Shown here one piece after another: positions 1 to 14,000 of a stretch of 64,000 nucleotides of DNA. The first letter of the stretch is position 1; each line of letters starts with the position of its first letter. The notes below the pieces were generated by a model, which did no database searches, was not told where the DNA came from, and saw only the letters and a program-made list of their open reading frames with translations. A program made the position numbers and the translations under genes. This DNA comes from Nemertoderma westbladi. Taxonomy: Eukaryota; Animalia; Xenacoelomorpha. The stretch covers positions 62,001-126,000 of the forward strand of contig JAUCBJ010008237.1 of the NCBI GenBank assembly GCA_032718475.1, written 5' to 3'.

Positions 1-2034
1 ATTTGTTCTCTTTACAAACTCGCTCTGTTAATACTTAGATTTCTGAGCTGCCTCAATGGTGGTTGGTCGTTTTCAGCAAGGCCTGTCTTCCAATGATGTA
101 GGTCCTAACCTGCTATCATACTGTACAACTAACACTCACTGCTTTTCTATGGCCTCCATCCCAGAAATCGAATAATTTTTTTTCTCTTCTTCGTGAAAAT
201 GTGAAGGAGGCAGGTTAGCTGTCATGGGGGTGGGATAGAATAAACGTACCTAGCGGTGGAGTAATAATCATGGGCCCGTTATGTGCGTTGTGCGTAACTA
301 TCGATCTGATGGGCTTCAGCATGCATTCGATAAGCAGCCATTGAAGCCCAAATGAATCCATTGAGTTAGGGAAAGTATTCCTTGGATGGATAGGGCACAC
401 TAATAGGTGTTCCCTTACTCAAATCGAAATGAATTATATTACTGACTGGACGGGCACGCCTGGTAGATATAGATAATAGATAGAGTGAGTTCCTGTTATT
501 TTACACAGTAGGGTGATCTGTGGGGAGCACAGGACGAAAGCATGACATAATAGGGCCTCCTGTGGTGACTATCTACTACTGTCATCACCAGTGGAATAAG
601 TATGATAAGGTCCAGGGCAATAATGTGGATATATATTTGATGGAAGCTTCAGGTACTAATACAAGTATTACTGAAACCAGATAAGATACTTCAACACATC
701 AATCACACATAACCTCAACTAATAAAACATGTTATTGATTCAATGATGACATTTTACTGACATTGCAATAGCAGCACCTGTATTATTACCTCATTAGCTA
801 TTAAAGAACCCAACAAGGTATTTTTTTGCATTTGACCTGTAGCTCAGCTGGCCCATCCATTTATTTTTCGAGTTCATTACAACATTAACGTAAGTTGTTA
901 ACCAGATGAATCTTCAACATTCTACGACTCTACGTAGGTGCTAAGCTCACTGTCACTGTGCGTGCAACCTTACGATAATACATAAAATAAGGTGAAGTGT
1001 TCTTGGGCCACCAGGGATTATGCACAAATTCTTACGACTTGTTTCCAGAGCGGTCCCCCTATTACTACTCTTCTCCCCAGAGGTGACCCTGATAACAATT
1101 TCATGTAATTTTAATGTTTATATCACATTTTTATTGAACAAGTCAAACGTTTGAAAATACGTTTGCGACACGTCCGGAAATATATAATTTCCATGTTATT
1201 TTGTCCAATGTAATAAACGTTTAGAAGTAAACGTGTCAATAGCATGAAACAAACTTTACTCATCCGCCGGTTCTTTATGACGTTTGTATTAAACGTGTGT
1301 CTAGCAGGTGTAACTAACGTGAATCATGCGTCGGTTCTTTCGAAATTGCTTGAAAATATACGTTTTTTTTTATGCAAAGAAAACGTTTGTTTTAAACGTT
1401 GTAAATCGTTATTCTCTAAACTAATTTGGTCATCCATTGATTAGACCACCGGATAGTTCTCATGGTATGTAATTGTTCGAATGAAGAAGATAATTTATGT
1501 GTAAAACATGCATATTATTAAGCACAAGCTAGCCAGTACAGCACAATTTAACAACTTAAAAACTATTGTTGTTGTTCACAATAACAACAACACCAATTAA
1601 AAAATGAACTGCATTGCACAAACTTTTAAGTTAAATTGTACTATTGTACTACTAAATTGTATACAAAAATGAAACAAAATCCCATTTGAACTATAATAAT
1701 ATAGACCATACCTTTTTTTGTCGAATTTCCCGTGGAGAGCATTTATTTTTGATTGTGCCCAGTCCCCCCCCCCCCCCCCCCCCCGCCTCCCCCCTTATCT
1801 GCAAAATTGTTACCATTCGATTCGCCATATTAAAATATGCAAAATTTTCCAATAATTGTATAATTTTTTCACCCATAAGAATAAAACTAAAAATGTCTAA
1901 ACTGAACCCCCTGGCAATACATTGTAAAATAGACAACAATTAACATTTACGATGAAACAAATTACAATTAAAACAACAATTTTGGGACGTCATGGGGAGT
2001 TTCCGTTACATCGATCATTCAGTTTCAGCCGCAT

Positions 2035-3307
2035 CGATATCACTGAATCCGGAGTCCGTTCCACCAAGGATCCGTCGATATCACTGAATCCGGAGTCCGT
2101 CCGCCAAGGATCCGTCGATATCACTGAATCCGGAGTCCGTTCCACCAAGGATCCGTCGATATCACTGAATCCAGAGTCCGTTCCACCAAGGATCCGTCGA
2201 TATCACTGAATCCGGAGTCCGTTCCGCCAAGGATCCGTCGAAATCAATGAATCCGGAGTCCGTTCCGCCAAGGATCCATCAATATCACTGAATCTGGAGT
2301 CCGTTCCGCCAAGGATCCGTCGATATCACTGAATCCGGAGTCCGTTCCGCCAAGGATCCGTCGATATCACTGAATCCGGAGTCCGTCCCGCTAAGGATCC
2401 GTCGATATCACTGAATCCGGAGTCCGTTCCGCCAAGGATCCGTCGATATCACTGAATCTGGAGTCCGTTCCACCAAGGATCCGTCGATATCACTGAATCC
2501 GGAGTCTGTTCTGCCAAGGATCCGTCGATATCACTGAATCCGGAGTCCATTCCACCAAGGATCCGTCAATATCACTGAATCCAGAGTCCGTTCCACCAAG
2601 GATCCGTCGATATCACTGAATCTGGAGTCCGTTCCGCCAAGGATCCGTCGATATCACTGAATCCGGCGTCCGTGCCGCCAAGGATGCGTCGATATCACTG
2701 AATCCGGAGTCCATTCCGCCAAGGATGCGTCGATATCACTGAATCCGGAGTCCGTTCCACCAAGGATCCGTCGATATCACTGAATCCGGAGTCCGTTCCG
2801 CCAAGGATCCGTCGATATCACTGAATCCGGAGTCTGTTCCGCCAAGGATCCGTCGATATCACTGAATCTGGCGTCCGTGCCGCCAAGGATGCGTCGATAT
2901 CACTGAATCCGGAGTCCGTTCCGCCAAGGATGCGTCGATATCACTGAATCCGGAGTCCGTTCTGCCAAGGATCCGTCGATATCACTGAATCCGGAGTCCG
3001 TTCCACCAAGGATCCGTCGATATCACTGAATCCAGAGTCCATTCCGCCAAGGATGCGTTGATATCACTGAATCCGGAGTCCGTTCTGCCAAGGATCCGTC
3101 GATATCACTGAATCCGGAGTCCGTTCCACCAAGGATCCATTGATATCACTGAATCCAGAGTCCGTTCCGCCAAGGATGCGTCGATATCACTGAATCCGGA
3201 GTCCGTTCTGCCAAGGATCCGTCGATGTCACTGAATCCAGAGTACGTTCTGCCAAGGATCCGTCGATATCACTGAATCCGGAGTCCGTTCCACCAAGGAT
3301 CCGTCGC
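2035..3307. repeat. 41-bp tandem satellite, about 31 copies
   Basis: Unit GATATCACTGAATCCGGAGTCCGTTCC(A/G)CCAAGGATCCGTC; GATATC recurs at 2036 and 2077, and the array continues with few substitutions. Confidence 0.95.
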
Positions 3308-3621
3308 TAGAAAACTGGAATAACTTGCCGTTTCTTGGATCTGGAAAATTAATTTATTTATGTGTTAAAAGAATATAAGGCTCGGACTAGGACTATATTA
3401 GACTAATACTTCATCTATACTAAATATCTGTTAAAGAAATGTTATTTCATTAATATCTTCCTTCGTTGGATATTCGTGTCATTCATTACTGATATCTACT
3501 ACATGTAAACCTAAATAAAAATAAGTAAATTATATATTAATAAAATGAAACATACGGAGGATGGCATCTACCCCGACATCAAAATTGGATGGCATAGAAG
3601 GACAGAGTTCAAATGTGGAAT

Positions 3622-4076
3622 TGTTGAGTGGCTGTGCTGCGACAGCGTTGAGTGGCTGTGGCTGTGACATAGAATTGAGTGGCTGTGCATACATTGTTGA
3701 GTGGCTGTGACATAGCATTGAGTGGCTGTGCCTGTGACATATTGTTGAGTGGCTGCGACATAGCGTTGAGTGGCTGTGCCTGGGACAGCGTTGAGTGGCT
3801 GTGGCTGTGACATAGCATTGAGTGGCTGTGCATGTGACATATTGTGGAGTGGCTGTGACATAGCGTTGAGTGGCTGTGACATAGCGTTGGGTGGATGTGG
3901 CTGCGACATAGCGTTGAGTGGCTGTGACATAGCGTTGAGTGGCTGTGACATAGCATTGGGTGGCTGCGGCTGCGACATAGCGTTGAGTGGCTGTGCCTGG
4001 GACATAGCGTTGGGTGGCTGTGGCTGCGACATAGCATTGGTGGCTGTGCCTGTGACATAGCGTTGAGTGGCTGTGA
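3622..4076. repeat. Minisatellite of 21/27-bp units (TTGAGTGGCTGTGACATAGCG and variants)
   Basis: Visible tandem array. The PLNAMSQ-like translation switches frame twice, so it is treated as non-coding. Confidence 0.9.
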
Positions 4077-6617
4077 AAAATATTTCGAGAAAATATCTAC
4101 ATGGGATATATAGTTGTAGCTTAGTGAAAGGGTTTGGTTAGGTTAGGCTAGATTTTAGGGTTGTCTTAAGATGGGTTAGGTTATAGATAAAGGGAGAGGC
4201 GGTATCACAACTCACCTCTGACTATCAATGATCCAAGTATTCTGTGTCTGGGTAATCAGTGTGAGTATCGTATTGGAAACATGATTGGATTCATTGTCGC
4301 TCATATAATCCACCTAAAAGGATAATAATATATACATATAGCATTACAGCAATTAAAAATCAACGTGCACAACAGTCACCACAACCCATCACAGACTGTT
4401 TTACATTGACACTGCACTGGGCACTGGGTTATAAACAGCAAATGAGTCAAAAATAAAGCAAACATTTACTACCCACCATAGACAGCCAGAATAAGGCATG
4501 TTTTATTTTAAATTATAGTTTAAGCACATGCACGATTTATGAACGGCCCAAAGTACCAAGTGGACCTTACAGCAAGGCCTAGTAGTAAGTAAAATATTAC
4601 GCCTAACGTCATCGCCAGAATCTGATGCGTATCTGTGCCTGGGACCGCATGTGTAATTTACTTCCGGCCGCCGGCGCTTTTTCCCTCTATTTGATCCAAA
4701 TAGATTAGGATTTTCATCACTTGTTGTTCCTATGTCGGCGATGGATTCGAAATCACGCCATTCCCCACCAAGTACAATCCCTGTGGCACGTTTAAGTGAA
4801 TCTGCGATTACAGGATCATTAATAAAGTTAATAATGTATAGGCCTAGTCTAGCTATAGCTAACTGACTATAAATACTAAGCTATAATATTTAAATAACGA
4901 TGTGTATATTCAAGTTCAATACAAACCTGTAAAGTGAAGAACCTTCGAATTAAATGTGGGCCAACTTGACAGAAGATCTGGACTCCAAAATTATTTCCGA
5001 CGTAGTAGGCCGGCATTTCGAGGAGGCCATAATATTTTCCCAGTGCAGCCCTTGCACGCTTGCCTGTTGTTTCGACCAACCAGGAAGACAGAGCCCAATC
5101 TAAACTGTCGTCGTCATCGAATTTCTATCTAATTTAATGATGCTCGCATGGCTTTTGGTGAGGTCAGTTTGTAATTAAGAGTTATCATTCTTACGATTAC
5201 TGGAGTAGAATTTAAAGTGCCAATCTGTCAATCTTATTGAGATGATCATTTTGCTTAATGTGAAATATCTGTAGGAGGTACACCATTTTTAGAAAAATTT
5301 TGCAATTTACTTTTTATTCCATTATAATGTGAAATTTAACGGAGATTTTAATTCTGAAAACGGCTAAGCAGTAGCTCTTTTTTTAGTTTTCGAGATATGA
5401 CACTTTTCATAAACTGAGAACGATTAAGAATAATTTTGGTGCAAAATGTTTAACTGCAATATTCTCCGAATATTTTTTCCCATCTTTAGCAACTAAAAAA
5501 CCCTACTACTTTATGTCCAAATCTGAAATTTTGACTAATTGTGATTGTGCACAAAAGTATCACATAACTTTTGAAATAATTGGCTATATTACAGCTCCAA
5601 AATTTCAAGTAGTGAATAATTTTACAAAAATTTGAAAGTTACAATTTTCAGCAAATCATATTTCAAAAGGTTTTCTGGGGCGCTAAATCCATTGGAAAGT
5701 ATTTAAAAATGATCTGATTACTAGAAATTTTTAGTTTTAGTCCTCTACGTAGGCAGAAAATGAAAAAAACAAGTAACCAGGACTTTTCAGTTTGAACACA
5801 AAAATTTAAATTCACTTATACTAAGCTATAAATTCACATTTTCAACGATTTTTCACGGTTTTCTGTGACGGTAACCGGTGGTAAGCCTAACTTCCTAATT
5901 AAGCAATCAGGCCCAGCCCAATCGCGGCAAAAGTACGGTTTTCAAAAGTACAAAAGCCGGTTTTCTGGGGTGCTGATTCTAATGGAATATATTTCTAATT
6001 ATCCAGATCATATGGCAAATATGGCCACTTTAGTAATATGGTATTTAGTAATATGGAAAAGTTTGGTGCTAGCACCAAATTTCGTACCCATCACCAAAAA
6101 GTACAGATTTGTTGATTCCATCGGATTCCGGACGCTCATAAACCCGCATAACGCAAGAAACAAGATGATACTATCTATTGATCAATTTGCTTATTTTCAA
6201 AAAATTGGTGTGGCACAAAACATTTCACCCACCGCCGAAAAATACAAGTTTTTTAGAACTCCTATGCAATTTTACACATTCCATTGAATTCAGAACCCTC
6301 ACAAACCCTTATAACGCAAGAAACAAGGTGACACAATCATTTGATATTATATTTGATGGGGTTTCAAAATTTGGTGCTAGCACCAAATTATGCACCCACT
6401 TCCGAAACATACGAGTTTGAGATGGTTGGTGCAACTTGTATATATTCCATCGAAACCAGAATTTCGCAAAAAACAGGTTCAAACAATCAATTTACAAAAT
6501 TGACATAAAGTAGGCCTATTTCAAGATTTGGTGCTGGCGCCAGAAATTGGTACCCGCTGAAAAAAAAAGTTTGAAATTTCTAGCTTATTTTATATAAATT
6601 CCATCTAATTGCGAACA

Positions 6618-7904
6618 CCACTACTACTACTAGGATCGGCATGCCGCATTGCAGCTGCATTTTTAAGAATGCTGTGCCGGCTTGTCGACAAAATTGAGCC
6701 GCCACAACTCCCTATCACCCATGACATTTGATAAATCATCCGCATCTTCAAGGCCAGTGTCCTTTAAGATGCATCTCAAGAAAGTCATGGGCTTTCCACT
6801 ATGCTTATTCACTCCATAAGGGTGCCAAAGCACAAGATTATGCACTGGCTGGTCCTCACTGCGAAAACAATCACCTGCAAAGCGGAGTGTTCAAGTGTCT
6901 AGCTTGGGGGAACCAATGAGACACCTCCAATGTTATATAGTGTCTGGTTGGAGATGTGTGCATTGTACTTGACAAAATGAACCCGGTGTAGCATTCTTGT
7001 AGATGTGCCATCCAGAGATTTGGTGTTATCAGCAGTTAGAGCCCAGCATGGACTCCAATAGAGGAGTACTGGAACTACTGCTGCTCTAAATAATCGGACC
7101 TTAAGTTTCCGATAAATTTTCTGTGACTTCCAAATCCTGGAAAGCCTATTCAAGGCTGCCCATGCCTTTTCCTTACGTATTCGAAGAACCTCACCTGACT
7201 TCCGGATCCATGATCCCAGGTAACAGAAGTCATCCACATGCTCAAGCATACCATCTTTTGAGCTTATGCTCATCTGATCAGAGACTTGCTGAGGACTTTC
7301 AAAGTTAACTGTCAAAATTTTGGTCATTTTGAAGCTAATAAAAAGACCAACACTAGAAGCAGTATGTTCTAATGAGCTAAGGAGCCGTTGGGCTCCCTCT
7401 AGTGATTCTGAGAGTACTCCTAAGTCATCAGCAAAGTCTAGTTCAGTTAGGTACTTGGCAGGATTTCCTCGATTTCTGGAGCCAGTAGGTTGGGTTACCA
7501 TCACCCGATCATCATTATGATCATCTAAGGACATACGTAGAACATAGTCAACCATAATTATGAACAAGAATGGCGCAAGTGTGTCTCCTTGGAGGACTCC
7601 CCATAATACTTCAAATTGTTCGTGTCACCATCAACATTAGACACAAATGTTGTTGAACCATGGTATACTGATCTGATTGCTGCAATAATTTCATCAGGAA
7701 TCCCATATAATGAAAGTATGCTGAACATACGTGAGCGAGAGACTGAATCAAAGGCCTGGAAGAAGTCAACAAAGATAACAGCCAGATGCCTGTCTTTCTT
7801 TTTTGATAACTCTCAATTATCCTTCTAAGTGCCAAAATGGGCTCCATGGTCCCACGACCTTTACGGAACCCATTCTGATTTCCATGGAGCAGTCTCTCAA
7901 TGGG
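6618..7904 (-). mobile_element. RTE-clade LINE, degraded 3' part (RT C-half and TAG tail), cut by an LTR element
   Basis: ORF fragments contain ELDFADD, YLGS and FRAAVVPVLLY; closely similar to 11001-12300; (CTA)n tail at about 6618-6632; similarity stops exactly at the LTR start TGTAAAAG (7905). Confidence 0.92.
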
Positions 7905-9086
7905 TGTAAAAGCTTTTGCGGACATAACAATTCATTTTTCTCCGCAATGTACCGTGTAGGTGCTTTAGCGGACATAACAAGTCATTTTCTCCGCAATGTA
8001 CCGTGTAGGTGCTTTAGCGGACATAACAAGTCATTTTTGCCGCAATGCGCCTAATACTCTAAAAGACTGGAGCTCAGATGACGAAATCTATCAGCTGGTT
8101 TCCTGTAAACGTGGAACCTTTCTTTGTTCTGCTCAGCCAATCAGAGCGATTTTCACTTTATGTTGAACAAGGGCCTATGTAAAACCGCGCAATGCCTTAC
8201 GGTCTTTGTTTACCTTTTCTGAGCCTCAGAACACTGGCTTGGAAATTCTTCTGTACTTCTGTAGAAGTTTCAGACTTTGGCCTATACATCTGATGGCTTT
8301 GATTACAAGAACGTAAAACTATTAACGCAATTCAACTACGCATCACACCGCAATTCATCATTGCTGCTCATGGAACACTGCATAAGTAACACATACTGAC
8401 TGTTCACCGCATTATTTTCTTCTGTTATTAATTGGTGTTATGTTAATTGTATATTGCTGATATATTTGGAGAATACCAATGAATAATCATAAAACCCCAC
8501 AATCTTCTTGATTACTGAAGGTTAGAGGAACAGGTTTACCAGTAGCAACTGCGACTTACATTATAGTGGTTTTTTGTGTGAATTAAATGCTATTTCATAA
8601 TCCCTACATGTGTCAGTTGCGATCCTCCTTATATATGATCAAATTCAGTGACGGTCGGCAGATCAGTGTGAAGTAGTGTGAAGCCGTGTGAAGTAGTGTG
8701 AAGGTTAATAATGCATCTCCTAAAGAATGCGCTTTTTACGAAACTCAGTAGCCATCTAGTTGCGATTAGTATAAGTCATAACTCTGTTTTTATACTTAAA
8801 GCGCCACGTCCTAAAGGAACTGTTAATATTTCTCCGAAAGTAAATATATTGTCAGAGATTATATAGTAACGATCAATCGAATAATACAGTAGGTCTACAC
8901 CGCAATCACTATCAAAGCATCCGAATCCAGTCTCCCTTAACTGTGGGTGAATGGTCGCGCACAGACTGGCTTCGGCGGATGTAACTTCAGTACATTAAAT
9001 AATTGTTATAGGCTAAAGTCGATTTATAAACAAAAAGACAACTAAAATTGGCAGGTTAAACTGCTAAAGGTCTAAAAGCGCGAACA
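7905..9086 (+). repeat. 5' LTR of copy A (TG...CA, 1182 bp)
   Basis: Starts TGTAAAAGCTT and ends AAAAGCGCGAACA, matching the LTR termini of copy B. Three ~50-bp tandem units at 7918-8050; CCAAT near 8137; ATTAAA near 8994. Confidence 0.9.
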
Positions 9087-9098
9087 TTAATAGTTTTA
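9087..9098 (+). promoter_or_regulatory. Non-tRNA primer-binding site of copy A, complementary to LTR 8314-8325
   Basis: TTAATAGTTTTA directly follows the LTR-terminal CA and is the exact reverse complement of TAAAACTATTAA at 8314-8325. There is no TGG start. Confidence 0.75.
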
Positions 9099-11000
9099 AA
9101 CTCTTGATTGCACAGTAGGCAATAAATATTTTGTCTATTGTTCTGGTAAGAACAATAATAGATTTAGTTTCTTTATTGCACCGTAGGCAATAAAGTCGAA
9201 GGCACCGGTCAAATGGTAAGCTGTAGGCCTAACTGCCCAACTACCCGAACCGGTACTTACAGGTACAGCAGTTTTATTCGATTTTGATAATTATATACCA
9301 GTAGGTCTTGATATTTAATCAGGGATGGCCGCCCTGGTTTTTTATTGGGATTTACCTGTTTCTGTCAGTTTTATTTATCTGTAAGTGTAATATTGAGCAG
9401 AAGGCATGTAAGCCCGCTCAAATTGTACAAATAATTTGTAGGCTGGATTGTTGTCTGACTGTTGTTAGGTCTGAAACGATTGCAGTGTGTGTAGAGTGTA
9501 TGTCCGATAAAGTACTAGTTAGGAAGGTGGGGGCATCCAGTGTTGTAAGGTAAATCCCCCCTGAAAGAATAAGTCGTACTACTCGGTTAGAACGCCTACT
9601 AACTAACCATTTCGGAGTCTGCATATACTGTAGTTTATTTAGGCTTGATAGTAGTCTGCCAGCATTTGGTTTGTATTTTGTTTGTATAGTCTGCACGGGT
9701 AGCGTAATATTTATTATTCAGAGTATATGCGAGTATTCGCAACCTACATACCCCCAAGTTTATTCCTACAGTAATTGTGCTTGTTATACATACCGTTATA
9801 GTTAAATTAACCCCGGTACTACATCAGGGCTGCTTGGCGTAGGTAAAGACTGGTGATTTTGTGCTCTGGTCACTCCAGCAGATGCCGTGGTTCTTTTAGC
9901 TGTTCAAGTATATTTAACTGCTGGTTATTTGTTGTATAAGTACTTGTACCTAATTTAGGGTTTAGAGTACAGTACTTTCCGAAAGTAATTAGTGTGTAGG
10001 CAGTAGATTTGTGTTGTAAAGTGGTTAATAGGCACGTTAGCTCTGGTTGGCTGCGGTAATTAACTTCTAGGTAAGGACACTCCGGGTACATAACGTAGTA
10101 CTTATAGTTTAAGACTATAAGTCGTCAGACGGTGGTATTTTCTTATCTGGACAACGCAATTTACTTACTACTGCTTTATTGTTTTCAAATACCGTAGATT
10201 CCTGTCAGTTTGTAATAACCAGAAATTCTAACTCCTTGTTAGACTGGTTTGTAGATTTCTTGTAAAATTACCCTAAAATTTGTACATGTAACTTTTTGTG
10301 TTTATTTTAGAGATTGTAATCTCACACTGTAATTGTAAGTAATTTGTAGTGATAAGTAACTTAGTAAAGTAGCATTATTCGTTTTAGTGTCCAACAAGTA
10401 GCACTCCACTGAAAGCTTTCAGCTTCTGTGTAGTGACTCCTTACCCAGAAATAATAACATTTATTTCAAACATTGACAAAACCCCTTGTACGGGTATATA
10501 TATATTATAAATCAACTCAAACCGATTTATAAAATAGTAGGCCTATTATACATCCATTAGGTCTTAATATCAGTTGAACTACTGCTTAATAACAGTAATA
10601 AGTAAAGGGAAGTAACCCTAAAAATTCAGAAATACAGTTATTATAAAATAATTGACATTGCCGGTATTTACGATAGTCTTATTATATTTATTTCTATAAA
10701 TTTAGGCTGAAATTATATACCGGTATTTTGTAACTAATCCTGGTCTATAATAATACTTATATATATACTATAAGTGTATGCTGTATACCGGTATTTACGA
10801 TAGGCTTATTGTATTTATTTCTATAAATTTAGACTGAAATTATATACCGGTATTCTGTGACTAATTCTAGTCTGTAATAATACTTATATATATATTATAA
10901 GTATATACCGGTATTTTAATATATTGTATATATATCACGTTACACTGAGTAATGGTATCGGTAATTAATTACTAGGCTTCCAGTGGATACTGAATTACTA

Positions 11001-14000
11001 CCACTACTACTACTACTACTAGGATCGGCATGCTGCATTGCAGCTGCATTTTTAAGAATGCTGTGCCGGCTTGTCAACAAAATTGCACCGCCACAACTCC
11101 CTATCACCCATGACATTTGCTAGATCATCCGCATCTTTAAGGCCAGTGTCCTTTAAGATGCGTCTCAAGAAAGTCATGGGCTGTCCACCATGCTTATTCA
11201 CTCCATGAGGCTGCCAAAGTACAAGATTATGCACTGGCTGGTCCTCACGGCGAAAGCAATGTCCTGCAAAGCGGAGGCGATTTTGTTCTAGTGTCAAGCT
11301 TGGGGGAACCAATGAGACACCTCCAATGTTATATAGTGTCTGGTTGGAGATGTGTGCATTGTACTTGACACAATGTACCCGGCGTAGCATTCTTGTGAAT
11401 GTGCCATCCAGAGATTTGGTGTCCTCAGCAGTTAGAGCCCAGCATGGACTCCCGTAGAGGAGTACTGGAACTACTGCTGCTCTAAATAATCGGACCTTAA
11501 GTTTCCGATTAATTCTAGGTGACTTCCAAATCCTGGAAAGCCTATTCAAGGCTGCCCATGCCTTTCCCTTACGTATTCGAAGGTCCTCACCTGACTTCCG
11601 GATCCATGATCCCAGGTAACAGAAGTCGTCCACATGCTCAAGCATACCATCCTTTGAGCTTATGCTCATCCGATCAGAGACCTGCTGAGGACTTTCAAAT
11701 TTAACTGTCAGAGTTTTGGTCTTTCTGGAGTTAATAAAAAGACCAACACTAGAAGCAGCATGTTCTAATGAGCTGAGGAGCCGCTGGGCTCCCTCTGATG
11801 ATTCTGAGAGTACTCCTAAGTCATCAGCAAAGTCTAGATCAGTTAGGTACTTGGCAGGATTTCCTCGACTTCTGGAGCCAGTAGGTGGAGTTATCATCAC
11901 CCCATCATCATTATGATGATCTAAGGACATGCATAGAACATAGTCAACCACAATAATGAACAAGAATGGTGCAAGTGTGTCTCCTTGGAGGACGCCCCAT
12001 AACACTTCAAATGGTTCTGTGTCACCGTCAACAGTAGACACAAATGTTGTCGAACCATCGTATACTGATCTGATTGCTGCAATAATTTCATCAGGAATCC
12101 CATATAATGAAAGTATGCTGAACATACGTGAGCGAGAGACTGAATCAAAGGCCTTGAAGAAGTCAACAAAGATAACAGCCAGATGCCTGTCTTTCTTTTT
12201 TGATAACTCTTCAATTATCCTTCTAAGTGCCAAAATGGGCTCCATGGTCCCATGACCTTTACGGAACCCATTCTGATTTCCACGTAGCAATCTCTCAATG
12301 GAATCCCTGATGCGATTTAATAGAATTCTATTGTATAGTTTTGCAGCAATCGAGATCAATGAGATTCCCTGAAAAGAACCATAGAGTGTTAGGTTGCCCT
12401 TCTTGGGAACTGGCACCAACTTATTTGTTTTCATTTCTTGTGGGACTCTTGTTGTACGGTACATGTCTACTATGATGGGATAGATGAGCTTTAAACACTC
12501 AGGTATTTTAAAGACCTCAGGGGGAACACCATCTACTCCACTGGCACGATTGGTCTTAATGCTCTTTGCAGCAGCCTTCACTTCTGCAAAGGAGATATCG
12601 CCAATGGGAATATCTGGGAGTACAGACTCTGAGACACTTTTACTTCTATAAAGTTATCAGACAATACCCTGTCATTATTGAGGAGCTTTTCAAAGTGGCT
12701 TTCCAACCATTGAGGCGATCGGCTGGTGATTCAGCCTTAACCTTGGTGGTTGGTTGGCTTTTCCGCCCAGTAAGCAGATTGATCGATTTCCATGCCTGGG
12801 ATCATTGCCTGCTGTCGTCAGCATCATTGATGGCATCAACCTGTTGGCTTATTAGCTCCTGTAGATTAACAGAGTACTGCCTGTTCAGGGACCTAGATGC
12901 AGCTTTAACTGCATTCTTGGCCGCTGTAGTCTGTTTGAGTCGGGACTCTTTCTGCGCCTTATGAAGGTCATTTCGGCACTTCTGAATTTTGTTGTCAGTC
13001 CAGGGGGCCCTTTTCCTGTTTCGAGGGTATACAGGAACTGTTTCTGCAGCTGCTAACTTAACTGCTTCTGTAAAGGCAGTATAGCCCTCACAGTGATCTG
13101 CCGCCTCAGAGGCAAGAGCCTCATACCTGTTGCTCAGCTGTAGTGTGAAGCTGGATCTCACACTTGGCTGTTGCAACAGAGAGGACCAGTCATGCCGTGG
13201 CAAGGCAGATTTCGTTGCTCTGCTAGCACGCCGACTAAGTCTTACCTTGGCCACAATAAGGCGGTGATCACTGGAGAAGGGTCGAAGTGTAAATGCATTA
13301 CAGTCTCGTATTTCCTACGAAACAGAATATGGTCTATCTGGGACTTGTGACCACTGGGTCCACTATGAGTCCATAGCTTTCCAGTTCGCTTCTTGAACTG
13401 GGTTCCAGCCGAAAACAATCCATTTCCAGAGATAAAATCCTGAAGATGGACAGAATTTCGGTTAACACTATTGCTATAGACCCAGGGCGATGTAGGTGAT
13501 TGATGCAGACTTGCATTAAAGTCTCCCAGGAATGTTAAGAATGCATGCTGATCCACTCCATCAGTTGCTGCTTGTAGATTGTGGTAGAAATTTTCCACCT
13601 CCTCTACAGGGGCAACACTAGTTGGAGAGTAGCACACAATCAGAACCACCTTAGGAAACTTCTTAGCCAGTCTTCCAGAACATGAGAAGTGGCAACGGAT
13701 GATGCGGTTAGAGATTTGGTCTATTTTGTCCAATGCTGCATGTGCAGTTGGATTCATCAATAGACCAATTCCACCATTGCCACTATCATCTGCTGACGCG
13801 AGGGCGAGTCGCCAACCGCCCCCCTTGTCCTTAATCAGAACCTCATCAGTCTGTCCAGTCTGCATTCGGTGCTCTTGAACACCCACTGCGCTAAGAGAAA
13901 GCTTATCTGCCAAGGCAGTCAGCTCACCTTGTCGCATTGGGGACCCGAGTGTTAGGGTGTTTACTGAGGCTAGTCTAGTGACTTGCCTCAGATTCACCAA

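Noticed and set aside
2035-3307. CRISPR-like array
   Set aside because: Units are head-to-tail with no unique spacers, there are no cas genes, and the context is eukaryotic.
3556-4070. Possible coding exon of PLNAMSQ repeats with an acceptor-like TTTTTCACAG and donor-like GTATGT on the minus strand
   Set aside because: The repeat peptide shifts frame twice, so there is no sign of coding constraint.
4876-5079. ALGKYY...PAYY, reminiscent of a hAT transposase C-terminus
   Set aside because: Too short and lacks the following LDPR motif; cannot be supported.
5270-6610. ORFs 5865-6287 and 6178-6420
   Set aside because: The region looks like a degenerate non-autonomous DNA transposon with internal repeats; no protein motifs and no defined termini.
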